A stretch of 64,000 nucleotides of DNA. Source: an uncultured Actinomycetota bacterium. Lineage in GTDB: Bacteria > Actinomycetota > Thermoleophilia > RBG-16-64-13. Below are positions 1 through 8,961 of the stretch, piece after piece. The position numbers and the translations under genes were made by a program. A model generated the notes under the pieces. That model saw only the letters and a list, made by a program, of their open reading frames with translations. It was not told where the DNA came from and searched no databases. The DNA is taken from NCBI GenBank assembly GCA_963721365.1, contig CAVRJE010000025.1, positions 21,838-85,837 of the forward strand, read 5' to 3'. Within the stretch, counting starts at the first letter, position 1. Every line of letters begins with the position of its first letter.

Positions 1-445
1 ACGCTTCCAACTCGGGCAGGATCCCCCGCGAGGCCATCTCCTCGGCGAGCCGGCGGATCATGTCGGGGGAGTTGACGCTGGTCACCTTGTTGAAGTTGAC
101 CGAGCTGAGCGTGAGGCTGCCCATGTCGGGCTTCAGGTCGCCGTCGAGCTGCAGGCAGGCGGCGCGTTGGTTGAAGCGCTGGAAGGTGCGCCCGCTGGTG
201 GAGACGCCGATGACGATGTCCTTCCTATGCGCCCGGATGCCGGCGATGATGCGGGCGTAGATATCGGTCGCGTAGGCCGGCTTCTCGGTCTCCTCCTCGC
301 GGGCGTGCAGGTGGACGCTGGTGATGCCGATCTCGGCCGCCCGCAGCACGTCCTCGACGATCTCGTCCACGGAGATGGGCACGTGAGGGCTCATGGCCTT
401 GGTAGGGATCATCCCGGTGGGAGTGAGGTTTACCGCGATCTCCAT
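1..445 (-). CDS. 3-keto-5-aminohexanoate cleavage enzyme family (BKACE/DUF849), N-terminal part; rest lies beyond the window edge
   Basis: Hand translation of minus strand from ATG 445-443: MEIAVNLTPTGMIPTKAMSPHVPISVDEIVEDVLRAAEIGITSVHLHAREEETEKPAY...GSLTLSSVNFN...ILPELE, open to position 1. Fits the remembered BKACE pattern. Absent from the ORF track because no stop lies in the window. Confidence 0.75.
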   Translation of the reverse strand, partial: MEIAVNLTPTGMIPTKAMSPHVPISVDEIVEDVLRAAEIGITSVHLHAREEETEKPAYATDIYARIIAGIRAHRKDIVIGVSTSGRTFQRFNQRAACLQLDGDLKPDMGSLTLSSVNFNKVTSVNSPDMIRRLAEEMASRGILPELEA

Positions 446-494
446 GGCTGTCACTCTATCAGGGCTCGGCCTGCTGGTCGACAAGTATCTTCAT

Positions 495-812
495 TCAGGC
501 CGTCCTTTTGAGGCCGCGCTCCGATTCAGCCCACGGCCGGATCTTTTCGAGTTCACCTGATAGCCTCTCTCTGGCGACCTCGCTGTCGTAGGCGGCTTGA
601 GCTCGGAGCCAGAAACCGTCCGAGAGACCGAAGTATTTGCACAGGCGAAGATCGGTGTCGGCCGTGATGGAGCGGCGTCCTGCTACGATCTCGCCGATCC
701 GTGGTGCCGGCACGCCTATCTCCTTGGCCAGCCGGTACTTCGATATGCCCATCGGGACCAGGAACTCCTCCTGGAGGAGTTCCCCGGGTGTGACGGGGGG
801 GAGCTTCTCCAT
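495..812 (-). CDS. higA: HigA-type antitoxin (XRE-family HTH, addiction module antidote protein)
   Basis: ORF 495..815: MEKLPPVTPGELLQEEFLVPMGISKYRLAKEIGVPAPRIGEIVAGRRSITADTDLRLCKYFGLSDGFWLRAQAAYD is the typical HigA/VapI sequence. ATG at 812-810. Sits 12 nt after a HigB-like stop. Confidence 0.85.
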   Translation of the reverse strand: MEKLPPVTPGELLQEEFLVPMGISKYRLAKEIGVPAPRIGEIVAGRRSITADTDLRLCKYFGLSDGFWLRAQAAYDSEVARERLSGELEKIRPWAESERGLKRTA

Positions 813-823
813 CAATCACCTCC

Positions 824-1038
824 TCAGTGGTAGTCGACGATCTCTACGTCCGCCGGTCCCGCGGATGTCCAGCGGAAGCAGAGCCGAGATCTGTCGTTGA
901 CCCGGATGCTTTGTGGCACTCCCGGTCGATTATGTACGACCCGCAAAACCCGCCCTTCCCGAACCCGCCGGCCAGTTGCGAGCAGCCTAGTCGAGGGTCC
1001 CTTGGACTGCGGGGTCCCGGCTCGCCTCGTCGCCCCCC
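824..1038 (-). pseudogene. higB: HigB/RelE-type toxin remnant (C-terminal part only)
   Basis: The frame ending at TGA 826-824 reads ...LRVVHNRPGVPQSIRVNDRSRLCFRWTSAGPADVEIVDYH, matching the conserved HigB C-terminus (SIRIND-WRI-FRW....DVEIVDYH). Only about 70 codons fit before the ATPase stop at 1039, and the upstream part does not look like a HigB N-terminus. Confidence 0.5.
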
Positions 1039-3904
1039 TCAGCTTCGCCGCTCCCTCAGCCGCCATACCAGCTTCTGTCCCTCGATCACCCAGAAGATGA
1101 TCGTGCTCAGCGCGAAGGCGGCCACGATATGGGTGAAGTCGAGCGCCTGGGTGCCGAAGACGTCCTGCAGGAAGGGCACGTAGAGAAGCGCGAACTGAAG
1201 CAGGATGGTGACCAGGACTGCGTACAAGAGCAGCGGATTGGTGAGGAACCCGGCTCCGAAGAGCGACCGGCGCTCCTGGTGGATGGCGAGGACGTGTCCC
1301 ATCTGCGAGAGCGTGAGGACGGTGAACAGCATGGTCTGCCACGACTCGTCTCCGGCCTGCCAGTAGGCCCAGCCGGTCAACAGGGCGATGAGGCCCATGA
1401 ACGGGCCGGCCCAGAGGATGTGGGTTCCCAGACCTCTTGCGAAGATGCTCTCGTTTGGCGGGTTGGGCCGGCGTTGCATGACGTTCGGCTCGGCAGGCTC
1501 GAACCCGAGCGCCAGTCCGGGAAGTCCGTCGGTGACCAGGTTCATCCACAGGATCTGCAGCGGCAGCAAGGGGAGCGGCATGCCCGCCAGCGGGGCGAAG
1601 AGCATCACCGTGAGCTCGCCCACGTTCGTCGCCATGAGGTACTTGATGAACTTGCGGATGTTGTCGTAGATCGCCCGGCCTTCGTTGACCGCGGCGACGA
1701 TGGTGGCGAAGTTGTCGTCCATCAAGACCATGTCGGCGGCTTCCTTGGCCACGTCGGTCCCGGTGATGCCCATGGCCACCCCGATATCGGCCTTCTGCAG
1801 CGCGGGGGCGTCGTTCACCCCATCTCCCGGTCATGGCCACGATGTGGCCGCGTTCCTGCAGGGCCTGGACGATGATGAGCTTCTGTTCCGGGGCGACCCG
1901 GGCGTAGACGGCGATCCGGTCGACGACCTCCGACAGTTCTTCGGGTGTCAACGATGCGAGCTGGGCGCCGGTGAGAACGGCGGCTTCGGCTGCGCCGCCG
2001 CCGGCCCCGTCACCCGCCGCGCCGTCTGCTCCGTCGCCGATGATCCCCACTTGCCGAGCGATGACTTCTGCCGTGAGGGGCTGGTCGCCGGTGATCATCA
2101 CCGGCCGTATCCCCGCCGCGATGGCGGTCAGGACCGCCTCCCGGGCTTCGGCCCGGGCGGGGTCGATCATGGCTATCAGTCCGACCAGCACCAGGTCCTT
2201 CTCCCAGTCATCGGGAGCGTCGCCCGCGCGGCGCCCGGCGCCGCCGTGCCCCGGCGCCACCCCGCCATCTCCGGCGGGCAGCGCCCGGAAGCCGACCGCC
2301 AGCACCCGCATCCCGCGGGAAGCGAGGCTCCGGTTCCGCTCTTCGACCGAGCTCCGGGTAGCTTCGTCAAGGGGCAGCGCCCTCTCCCCGTCCCAGAACG
2401 AAGTAGCGAGGGGCAGCAGGGCCTCCGGCGCGCCCTTGGTGAACGAGATCTGCCCGGCCCGGCGCTCGGCGAGATGCGCGGCCAGCGCCTCCAGCCCGGA
2501 CACCGGCCCGGCCGGGGCCGCGTGGGCAGTCGTCATCAGCTTGCGCTCGGAGTCGAAGGGGATCTCCCCGGTCCGCGGGAACGTCTTCTCGAGCTCCGTC
2601 TTGAGCAGACCCAGGTGCACCCCGGCTATGACAAGAGCGCCCTCGGTAGGGTCACCGAGCGCCCGGAACTGGCTCGCGCCAGCGCCCTCGCACGACACCC
2701 TCGCCCGCGCTCGCCTGAAGCACCGAGTCATTGCAGAGCACCCCGCCGGCGACCAGCACGGCGACCGCCGGCTTGTCCCTCATCAGCGGGGCGTCGTCGC
2801 CTGCGGATACGCAGGGTAGGGGCGCGATGCGTCCCCGCTTCATCTCCTCCTGCAGGTCGACTTCATGCCCGGCCACGTCCAGGATCACGACGGTCATGCG
2901 GTTCTCGGTCAGAGTGCCGGTCTTGTCGGAGCAGATGACGGTGACCGACCCCAGCGTCTCCACCGCCGGCAGTTTTCGGATGAGGGCCTTGCGCCGCAGC
3001 ATCCTCTGCGCCCCCAGCGAAAGCGCTACTGTGACGATCGCCGGCAGCCCTTCCGGCACCGCGGCCACCGCCATGCTCACGGCGGTGAGGAACATGATCC
3101 GCAGCGGTTCGCCGCGCAACAGCCCGGTGACAAAGATGATGATCACCAGAATCAGCGCGGCCACGGCCAGCCAGCGGCCGAGTTGGGAGAGGCGCTTCTG
3201 CAGCGGCGTTCGGCTCTGCTTGACCCCCTGGACCATCCCGGCGATCTTGCCCAGTTCGGTGTCCATGCCGGTGGCCGTGACCACGGCTTCGCCGCGGCCG
3301 TAGGAGGCGGCCGTTCCCATGAAGAGCATGTTCAATCGGTCGCCCAGCGCCACGTCGGACTCGAGCAGGCGATCGGCCGTCTTCTCCACCGGCTCGGATT
3401 CCCCGGTGAGAGCCGCCTCCTGCACCCGAAGGCTCGCCGACCGGAGCAGCCGGGCGTCGGCGGGGATCACGTTTCCTGCCTCGAGCAGCACGATGTCCCC
3501 CGGCACCAACTCCGCCGCCGGCACTTCTCTCACCTCGCCGCCGCGCCGCACCCGCACGATCGGGCGCTGCCAGCTTGCGTAGCGCGCGTCATGGTCTTCT
3601 CCGCCTTGTACTCCTGGCGGAAGCCCAGCGCGCCGTTGAGGATGACGATCGCCATGATGACGATGGCGTCTTCGTAGTCGCCGAGAAGGGCCGAGACCAC
3701 AGCGGCGATGATGAGGATGATGATGAGCAGCGACGTGAACTGCTCGGCCAGGATCCGCCAGGGGCTCTTGGTCCCCGCGTCGATCAGTTCGTTGGGGCCG
3801 TGCTCGTCCAGGCGGCGGGCAGCCTCGTCGTCGGCGAGCCCCTGGGGATCGCTCTGTGCCTGGTCGAGTGCCTCGTCCGCGCTGAGGCGATACCACTCGG
3901 TCAT
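1039..3904 (-). CDS. Cation-transporting P-type ATPase (type II-like); reading frame interrupted at least 4 times
   Basis: Pieces in ORFs 3530..3910, 2652..3896, 824..2731 and 1039..1818 join into one protein. Motifs: [21 protein letters not shown] (phosphorylation site), [30 protein letters not shown]. Breaks near 3590 (two shifts within about 40 nt), about 2720 and about 1815. Start ATG 3904-3902 overlaps the GNAT stop (ATGA). Confidence 0.85.
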
Positions 3905-4493
3905 GTGCAACCTTTCAGTCGGGCGGCCGCTGCACGCAGCAGCCGCAGTTTCTGACCTGTCGGCTCGAATCCCAGGCGCCGGTAGAAGCGGAGAGCGGGA
4001 TCGGCGGCTGCCGGGTGTCCGGGTCGCCGGCCGCGCAAGCGCCGGCGCCTCTGTCGCCGCTCGCCCCGACCGGTCCCGTCACATCCAGCCGGAACCACCC
4101 TCTCTGCCGCGCGATAGTCGACCGCCGCCTCGACCAGTTTCCGGCCGACACCCTGCTGACCGGCACTCGGGCCGCACGTACATCTCGTCGATGACGCCGT
4201 ACTCGCCGCCCGCGTAGATGGCGAAGCTCGTCGACAGGGTCAGGACTCCCACCGCGGTGCCGCTCTCGTCCCGCGCCAAGAGGGCCAGGAATCGTCCGGA
4301 AACGGGGGCTGAGTCGCAGCCGGAGGCTCCTGCCGTCGCCATCTCGGTCTCGAGATCGTCCTCGAGTTTGCCCAGGTCGATCTGGGCGAATTCTTGTCCC
4401 TCGTCTCCCAATTCCGCGAGCAACGCCTCGATCAGAGCCAGGACGGTGGCGGCTTCGTGGGCCTGGGCCGGCTGGACGTCGCACGGGGGTCAT
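3901..4493 (-). CDS. GNAT family N-acetyltransferase; frame interrupted
   Basis: ORF 4079..4423 (...[43 protein letters not shown]) plus ORF 3901..4098 tail ([14 protein letters not shown]) give a GNAT fold signature. The N-terminal shift sits at the G5 run 4485-4489. An alternative in-frame ATG lies at 4508. Confidence 0.7.
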
Positions 4494-4611
4494 CGGGTCG
4501 TGTTCCATACCCGCAATGCTAACAGCCGACGGCTGCGATAGAGTGGGGGCCAGCGACCGGGCCGGCGCCGGGAGCCTGACGGTGGGGCGCGACCCGGGAG
4601 GACCAGAGCCG

Positions 4612-5557
4612 ATGGCAGGAGCGATGTTCGAGTCGGAGGCGAGGGGACTTCCCCTTCTTCGCAGGGGCAAGGTGCGAGATGTCTACCAGCCCAGCGAGGA
4701 GCATCTGCTCATCGTGGCGTGCGACCGCATCTCGGCGTTCGACCACGTGCTGCCCACGCCCATCCCGGACAAGGGCAAGATCCTCACCCAGATCTCCAAC
4801 TTCTGGTTCGAGAAGTCGGCGCACATCATCCCCAACCACATCGTCGACCCCAGCCCCGGCCCCCAGTGGTATCCCGACATCGACTGGTACTACCCCGAGC
4901 TCGACGGGCGGACGGTCCTCGTGCGGAGCGACCCAGCCCCTGGTGATCGAGGCCATCGTGCGCGGGTACCTGTCCGGCTCGGGCTGGAAGGAATACCAGA
5001 AGGCCGCGACGGGGACGGCGGCGACGGGGAAGGCCCCGACGGTATGTGGCATCGCGCTGCCCGGCGGTCTCACCGAGTCGGCGCGGCTTCCCGAGCCGAT
5101 ATTCACGCCCTCCACCAAGGCGCAATCGGGCCACGACGAGAACATCTCGTTCGAGCAGGCGGCGGCGTTGATCGGCGCCGATCTGGCGGCCAAGGTGCGC
5201 GACACCAGCCTGGCCCTCTACCGCTTCGCGGCCGAGCATGCGCTGGAACGGGGCATCATCATCGCCGACACCAAGTTCGAGTTCGGGATACTCGACAGCG
5301 AAGCGCGGGCGACCGCTCGGGCGAGGGCGAACTCATCCTCATCGACGAGATGCTCACGCCGGACTCCTCCCGCTTCTGGCCGGCCGAGACCTACGAAGCC
5401 GGGCCGGGCGCAGGCCAGCTACGACAAGCAGTACGTGCGCGACTACCTGGAAGCCATCGAGTGGAACAAGGAGCCGCCGGCCCCCGTGCTACCCGCCGAG
5501 GTGGTCGAGAAGACCCGGGAGAAGTACTGGGAGGCGGTGCGGAGGCTGACGGCCTAG
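4612..5557 (+). CDS. purC: Phosphoribosylaminoimidazole-succinocarboxamide synthase (SAICAR synthetase); at least 3 frame breaks
   Basis: MAGAMFESEARGLPLLRRGKVRDVY...ACDRISAFD...PLVIEAIVRGYLSGSGWKEY...IIADTKFEFG...ELILIDEMLTPDSSRFWP...YDKQYVRDYL, assembled from ORFs 4516.. and 4679..5557. GGGAGG RBS before ATG 4612. Breaks near 4930, 5310 and 5410. Confidence 0.9.
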
Positions 5558-5566
5558 AATGCGCGG

Positions 5567-5716
5567 ATGAGCTTCAGGCTGCTGGTGCTGGCCGTGTTTG
5601 TGGCCGGCATCCTTGCGGCGGGCTGTACCGCCATTCGCGCGGACGGGGGCGATTCAGGTCGCAGCCTCGGACTTCGCCAGTGCCTTCTCACACACTATGG
5701 TTTGTGTCAGATCTGA
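5567..5716 (+). CDS. Possible 49-aa mini-lipoprotein (below ORF-track size cutoff)
   Basis: Hand translation: MSFRLLVLAVFVAGILAAGCTAIRADGGDSGRSLGLRQCLLTHYGLCQI*. Textbook lipoprotein signal (basic N-region, hydrophobic core, lipobox LAAGC). Starts 9 nt after the purC stop. Its stop TGA 5714-5716 lies in the centre of the palindrome. No strong RBS. Confidence 0.35.
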   Translation: MSFRLLVLAVFVAGILAAGCTAIRADGGDSGRSLGLRQCLLTHYGLCQI

Positions 5717-5728
5717 CACAAACCACGG
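5695..5728. repeat. Palindromic element, copy 1 (core TGTGTCAGATCTGACACA)
   Basis: CTATGGTTTGTGTCAGATCTGACACAAACCACGG. A perfect 26-bp palindrome at 5699-5724, with outer arms partly paired. Lies between the convergent purC/mini-ORF and the helicase, 15 nt past the helicase stop. Confidence 0.9.
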
Positions 5729-5742
5729 GTACCGCGGGAGGG

Positions 5743-7047
5743 TCAACCAGGCGTGCCGTCTGTCGCTTTCGCCGCGCGACCTCGCCCGCCTGCGCGCGCC
5801 TGCGCCTGCGCTACCGCCTGCCGGCGCGCGCTCCCGTTGTAGACCAGGCGGGGTTTGGCCTTCTTGGCCGTCCGATCCGGATTCGGGATCAAACGCTCCA
5901 TGTACGCGAAGCCGTCCAGGTCCCGGCAGGGCAGAGGCTCGCCAAGCATCAGCTCGATGTCGCGCAGCTCACCCGCCTGCTCGGCCGCCAGGAAGCTGAT
6001 GGCCGTACCCGAGGCGCCGGCCCGCGCGGTGCGGCCGATGCGATGGACGTAGTCCTGGGCCTGACCCGGCAGATCGTAGTTGATGACGTGGGAGATACGG
6101 TCCACGTCTATGCCCCGAGCGACGATGTCGGTGGCTACGAGCACCCGGTAGGTGCCGTTCTTGAAGCCGTCGAGGGCGTGCTGCCGCTGCGACTGGCTGC
6201 GGTTCGAATGGATAGCGGCGCCTTTGATGCGGCTGCGCTCCAGATGGCGGCAGACCCGGTCGGCGCGGTGCTTGGTGCGCGTGAAGACGAGGACCCGATC
6301 GAGGTTCTCCTCTTCGAGAAGGCGGACGAGAAGGTCGGTCTTCTGGGCTTCGGCCACCGGGTAGATCGCCTGGCTGACCCCTTCGACCGTGGTAGCCGCG
6401 GGAGCGACTTCCACGCGGATGGGATTGTCCAGGATGGGTCCGGCGATCCGCATCACGTCGTTGGTCAGGGTGGCGGAGAAGAGCATGTTCTGCCGTTTCT
6501 CGGGCACCAGGCTTATGATCTTGCGGACGTCGGGCCAGAAGCCCATGTCGAGCATCCGGTCGGCCTCGTCGAGGACGAGGATCTCGACGTGCGAGAGGTC
6601 CAGTTCGCGCCGTTGCTGGAGGTCCAGCAGGCGGCCCGGTGTGGCGACGAGAAGATCGACTCCCCGGCGCAGCTTCCTGAGTTGCGGGTCGTAGCCCACG
6701 CCTCCGTACACGGCCGCGACATGCTGGCCGGTGTACCTCGCGCAAGCGACCGCGACCTCTTCGATCTGGCCGGCCAGCTCGCGGGTAGGCGTGACGACCA
6801 GGGTGCGGATGTAGGTCCGCTGCGGGCCGGTGCGCTGGCCATCGTCGCCGCGGTGGTCGGTCAACTGCAGGGCGGGAAGGATGAAGGCGGCGGTCTTGCC
6901 GGTGCCCGTCTGGGCGCAGCCGAGGACGTCACGGCCGGTCAGGGCGACGGGGATAGCTTGTTCTTGGATGGGGGTCGGTTCGGTGTAGCCGAGGCTGTTG
7001 ACAGCCTTCAGAAGGCCTGATTGCAGGCCTAGGTCGGCGAAACTCAT
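5743..7047 (-). CDS. DEAD-box ATP-dependent RNA helicase (RhlE-like) with Arg-rich C-terminal tail
   Basis: From ATG 7047-7045 (AGGAG RBS): MSFADLGLQSGLLKAVNSLGYTEPTPIQEQAIP...AQTGTGKTAAF...VLDEADRMLDMGF...SAT...HRIGRTARAG. The upstream part of ORF 5743..7242 is non-homologous leader. Intact. Confidence 0.92.
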   Translation of the reverse strand: MSFADLGLQSGLLKAVNSLGYTEPTPIQEQAIPVALTGRDVLGCAQTGTGKTAAFILPALQLTDHRGDDGQRTGPQRTYIRTLVVTPTRELAGQIEEVAVACARYTGQHVAAVYGGVGYDPQLRKLRRGVDLLVATPGRLLDLQQRRELDLSHVEILVLDEADRMLDMGFWPDVRKIISLVPEKRQNMLFSATLTNDVMRIAGPILDNPIRVEVAPAATTVEGVSQAIYPVAEAQKTDLLVRLLEEENLDRVLVFTRTKHRADRVCRHLERSRIKGAAIHSNRSQSQRQHALDGFKNGTYRVLVATDIVARGIDVDRISHVINYDLPGQAQDYVHRIGRTARAGASGTAISFLAAEQAGELRDIELMLGEPLPCRDLDGFAYMERLIPNPDRTAKKAKPRLVYNGSARRQAVAQAQARAGGRGRAAKATDGTPG

Positions 7048-7325
7048 ATGTTGTTGGCTCCTTGCCGTGCTCACTCTGGAGGCACCGCGGTCATAGACGC
7101 AGTTGATCCAGTCGAGGTCTTCGCAAAGAGCGCGGGGGACAACCGAGTCTTGTATAAGTGTTGACGCAGTATAGCCTAAAAGTGCCGGCGCCGCCGCCTG
7201 ACAGGTGACACTCCAAATCCTGGCCTCCTGACCAGCCTGCAAAACCCCCTTCTGGCTGATTCCCGCGCCCGAGATGCGCGCCAGAATGGATTTGGGACGG
7301 CAAAGCGCACCAGGAGAGGCCGGTC

Positions 7326-8786
7326 ATGATAAGCGGGTTGGGTGAGATCTTCCGGAATCGCAACTTCCGCCTGCTGTGGACGGGGGAGGCCGTCTCCCTC
7401 CTCGGCGACCAGTTCTACCTCATTGCCCTGCCCTGGCTGGTTCTCAAGCTCACGGGCAACGCCTTCGCCATTGGGACCGTGCTCGCCCTGGTCGCCATCC
7501 CGCGGGCGGTGTTCATGCTCGTCGGCGGAGCGCTCACCGACCGGATGTCGCCTCGCACCATCATGCTGTGCTCCAACGTGGGCCGCCTGTTCCTGGTGTC
7601 GGCGCTCGCCTTTCTGACCCTGACCGGTCAGATCCAGCTCTGGATGCTCTACGCGTTCGCTCTTCTGTTCGGTCTCGCGGACGCCTTCTTCTTCCCTGCT
7701 CAGTCGGCGATGATCCCCCGGCTTCTCGGCACCGACCGGCTCCAGACGGGTAACGCCCTCATCCAGGGGACCGCGCAGCTGTCGGTCTTTCTCGGACCGG
7801 TACTGGCCGGGACGCTCATCGCGTTGCTCGACGGGTACGGAACCGCGGGCTCGGCTGCACCGGGCCTGTATGGGATGGGGATCGCCTTCATGCTCGACGC
7901 CGCCAGCTTCCTCGTCTCGGCGCTGACGCTCTCCCTCATTTCGCTTCCGCCGATCCCGGCGCGAGCGGAGAAAGCCCAGGCAGAGACCGCGGGTGCGACG
8001 ACTGCGCTGGCGGAGCGCGGTCTGTTCTCATCCATCGGCGACGGCCTGGCCCTCGTCTGGCGGGACAAGGCCCTCCGTTACTACTTCGGGCTCATCGCTC
8101 TGGTCAATCTCCTGATGACCGGTCCGATCTCTGTGGGTATCCCGGTCCTCGCCGGTAGCCGGTACACCGGCGGCGCTGCCGCCTTCGGCATCATCCTGTC
8201 GGCCTTCGGCGGCGGCTCGCTGGTGGGCGTGATCCTCGCCGGCGCCCGTCCGCGCCCGTCGGCTCGCCGGTTCCCGATGCTCATGCTCGGTCTGACGGCG
8301 GCCATGGGTATCGGCCTGGCGCTCCTCGGCCTGCTCTCCTCACTTGTGCCTGCCGCGGTGGTGGCCGCTCTGATGGGCCTCGGCCAGGGGTACGTTGTGA
8401 TCCAGTTCATCACCTGGCTTCAGCTCCGCACCGAGCCGCACATGCTCGGCCGGATGATGAGCGTGCTCCTCTTCGCTGTCGTCGGGCTCACTCCCCTGTC
8501 GAGCGCTGTGGCCGGCGCGCTCATCCAGTGGAGCCCCTCAGCGGTCATGGTCGGAGCGGGCGCTCTGATGGTGGCCATCATCGGCTTCGCCGCACTCAGC
8601 CCCTCCGTCTGGCGCATGGGTGACGAAACGCCGGCCGCCGGTGGCAAGGTCACCGCGAGTCGGACGTCGGCCGCGGCCGCCGCGGCCCCGAAGGCCCCCG
8701 ACGAGGCCTGGGTGGCTGCGCTCCGGCGGGCGACGGCTTCCCGCTCCCGGTTCGACGGTCTCCCCGCCCCCGATATCGCGGCCTGA
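7326..8786 (+). CDS. MFS transporter (MFS_3 / EntS-like)
   Basis: Intact 486-aa ORF: FRNRNFRLLWTGEAVSLLGDQFYLIALPWLVL..., with multiple hydrophobic spans. AGGAGAGG RBS before ATG 7326. Confidence 0.85.
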   Translation: MISGLGEIFRNRNFRLLWTGEAVSLLGDQFYLIALPWLVLKLTGNAFAIGTVLALVAIPRAVFMLVGGALTDRMSPRTIMLCSNVGRLFLVSALAFLTLTGQIQLWMLYAFALLFGLADAFFFPAQSAMIPRLLGTDRLQTGNALIQGTAQLSVFLGPVLAGTLIALLDGYGTAGSAAPGLYGMGIAFMLDAASFLVSALTLSLISLPPIPARAEKAQAETAGATTALAERGLFSSIGDGLALVWRDKALRYYFGLIALVNLLMTGPISVGIPVLAGSRYTGGAAAFGIILSAFGGGSLVGVILAGARPRPSARRFPMLMLGLTAAMGIGLALLGLLSSLVPAAVVAALMGLGQGYVVIQFITWLQLRTEPHMLGRMMSVLLFAVVGLTPLSSAVAGALIQWSPSAVMVGAGALMVAIIGFAALSPSVWRMGDETPAAGGKVTASRTSAAAAAAPKAPDEAWVAALRRATASRSRFDGLPAPDIAA

Positions 8787-8810
8787 TCGCCGCCGGACCT
8801 GACCCCCCAG

Positions 8811-8844
8811 CCCGACCGGGCGGCCACGCCGCCGCCCGGTCGGG
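8811..8844 (+). terminator. GC-rich hairpin downstream of the MFS gene
   Basis: CCCGACCGGGCGG (8811-8823) pairs perfectly with CCGCCCGGTCGGG (8832-8844); 8-nt loop; 25 nt after the stop. No U-tract. Confidence 0.5.
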
Positions 8845-8867
8845 CCCTTGCGCCGCCGCGGGGAGGA

Positions 8868-8896
8868 TTGACTACCCGGGAGCCCCGACACATACT
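8868..8896 (+). promoter_or_regulatory. Sigma-70-like promoter for the HEAT-repeat gene
   Basis: TTGACT (8868-8873), 17-nt spacer, CATACT (8891-8896). About 65 nt upstream of ATG 8962. Confidence 0.45.
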
Positions 8897-8961
8897 GGGT
8901 GAATAGGCCCGGGGGCCGCTGGGTGTTCGAATGGGGCTCGAATCAGGAAGGGCGACGAGGC

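Noticed and set aside
1039-3904. Frame breaks as programmed ribosomal frameshifting, or as evidence of a decaying (pseudogene-rich) genome
   Set aside because: The breaks are too many and too evenly spread, and they include essential genes. No slippery heptamer or downstream structure pattern is visible. Flanking peptide conservation is intact, and the localised sites are homopolymers. Sequencing or assembly indels are the simpler explanation.
4516-7020. Very long ORFs on the wrong strand or frame (for example 4516..7020 +, 9129..10436 -, 10718..11962 -, 15272..16660 +, 42541..43881 -, 60261..61856 -)
   Set aside because: They overlap clearly homologous genes on the other strand or frame. 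Their translations are Arg/Pro/Gly/Ala-rich low-complexity sequence with no family resemblance. This is the expected stop-codon-poor shadow of GC-rich coding DNA.
8920-8950. tRNA-like GTTCGAAT / CTCGAATC motifs
   Set aside because: No acceptor stem, anticodon arm or T-arm pairing can be built around them. They lie in the 5' leader of the HEAT-repeat gene.
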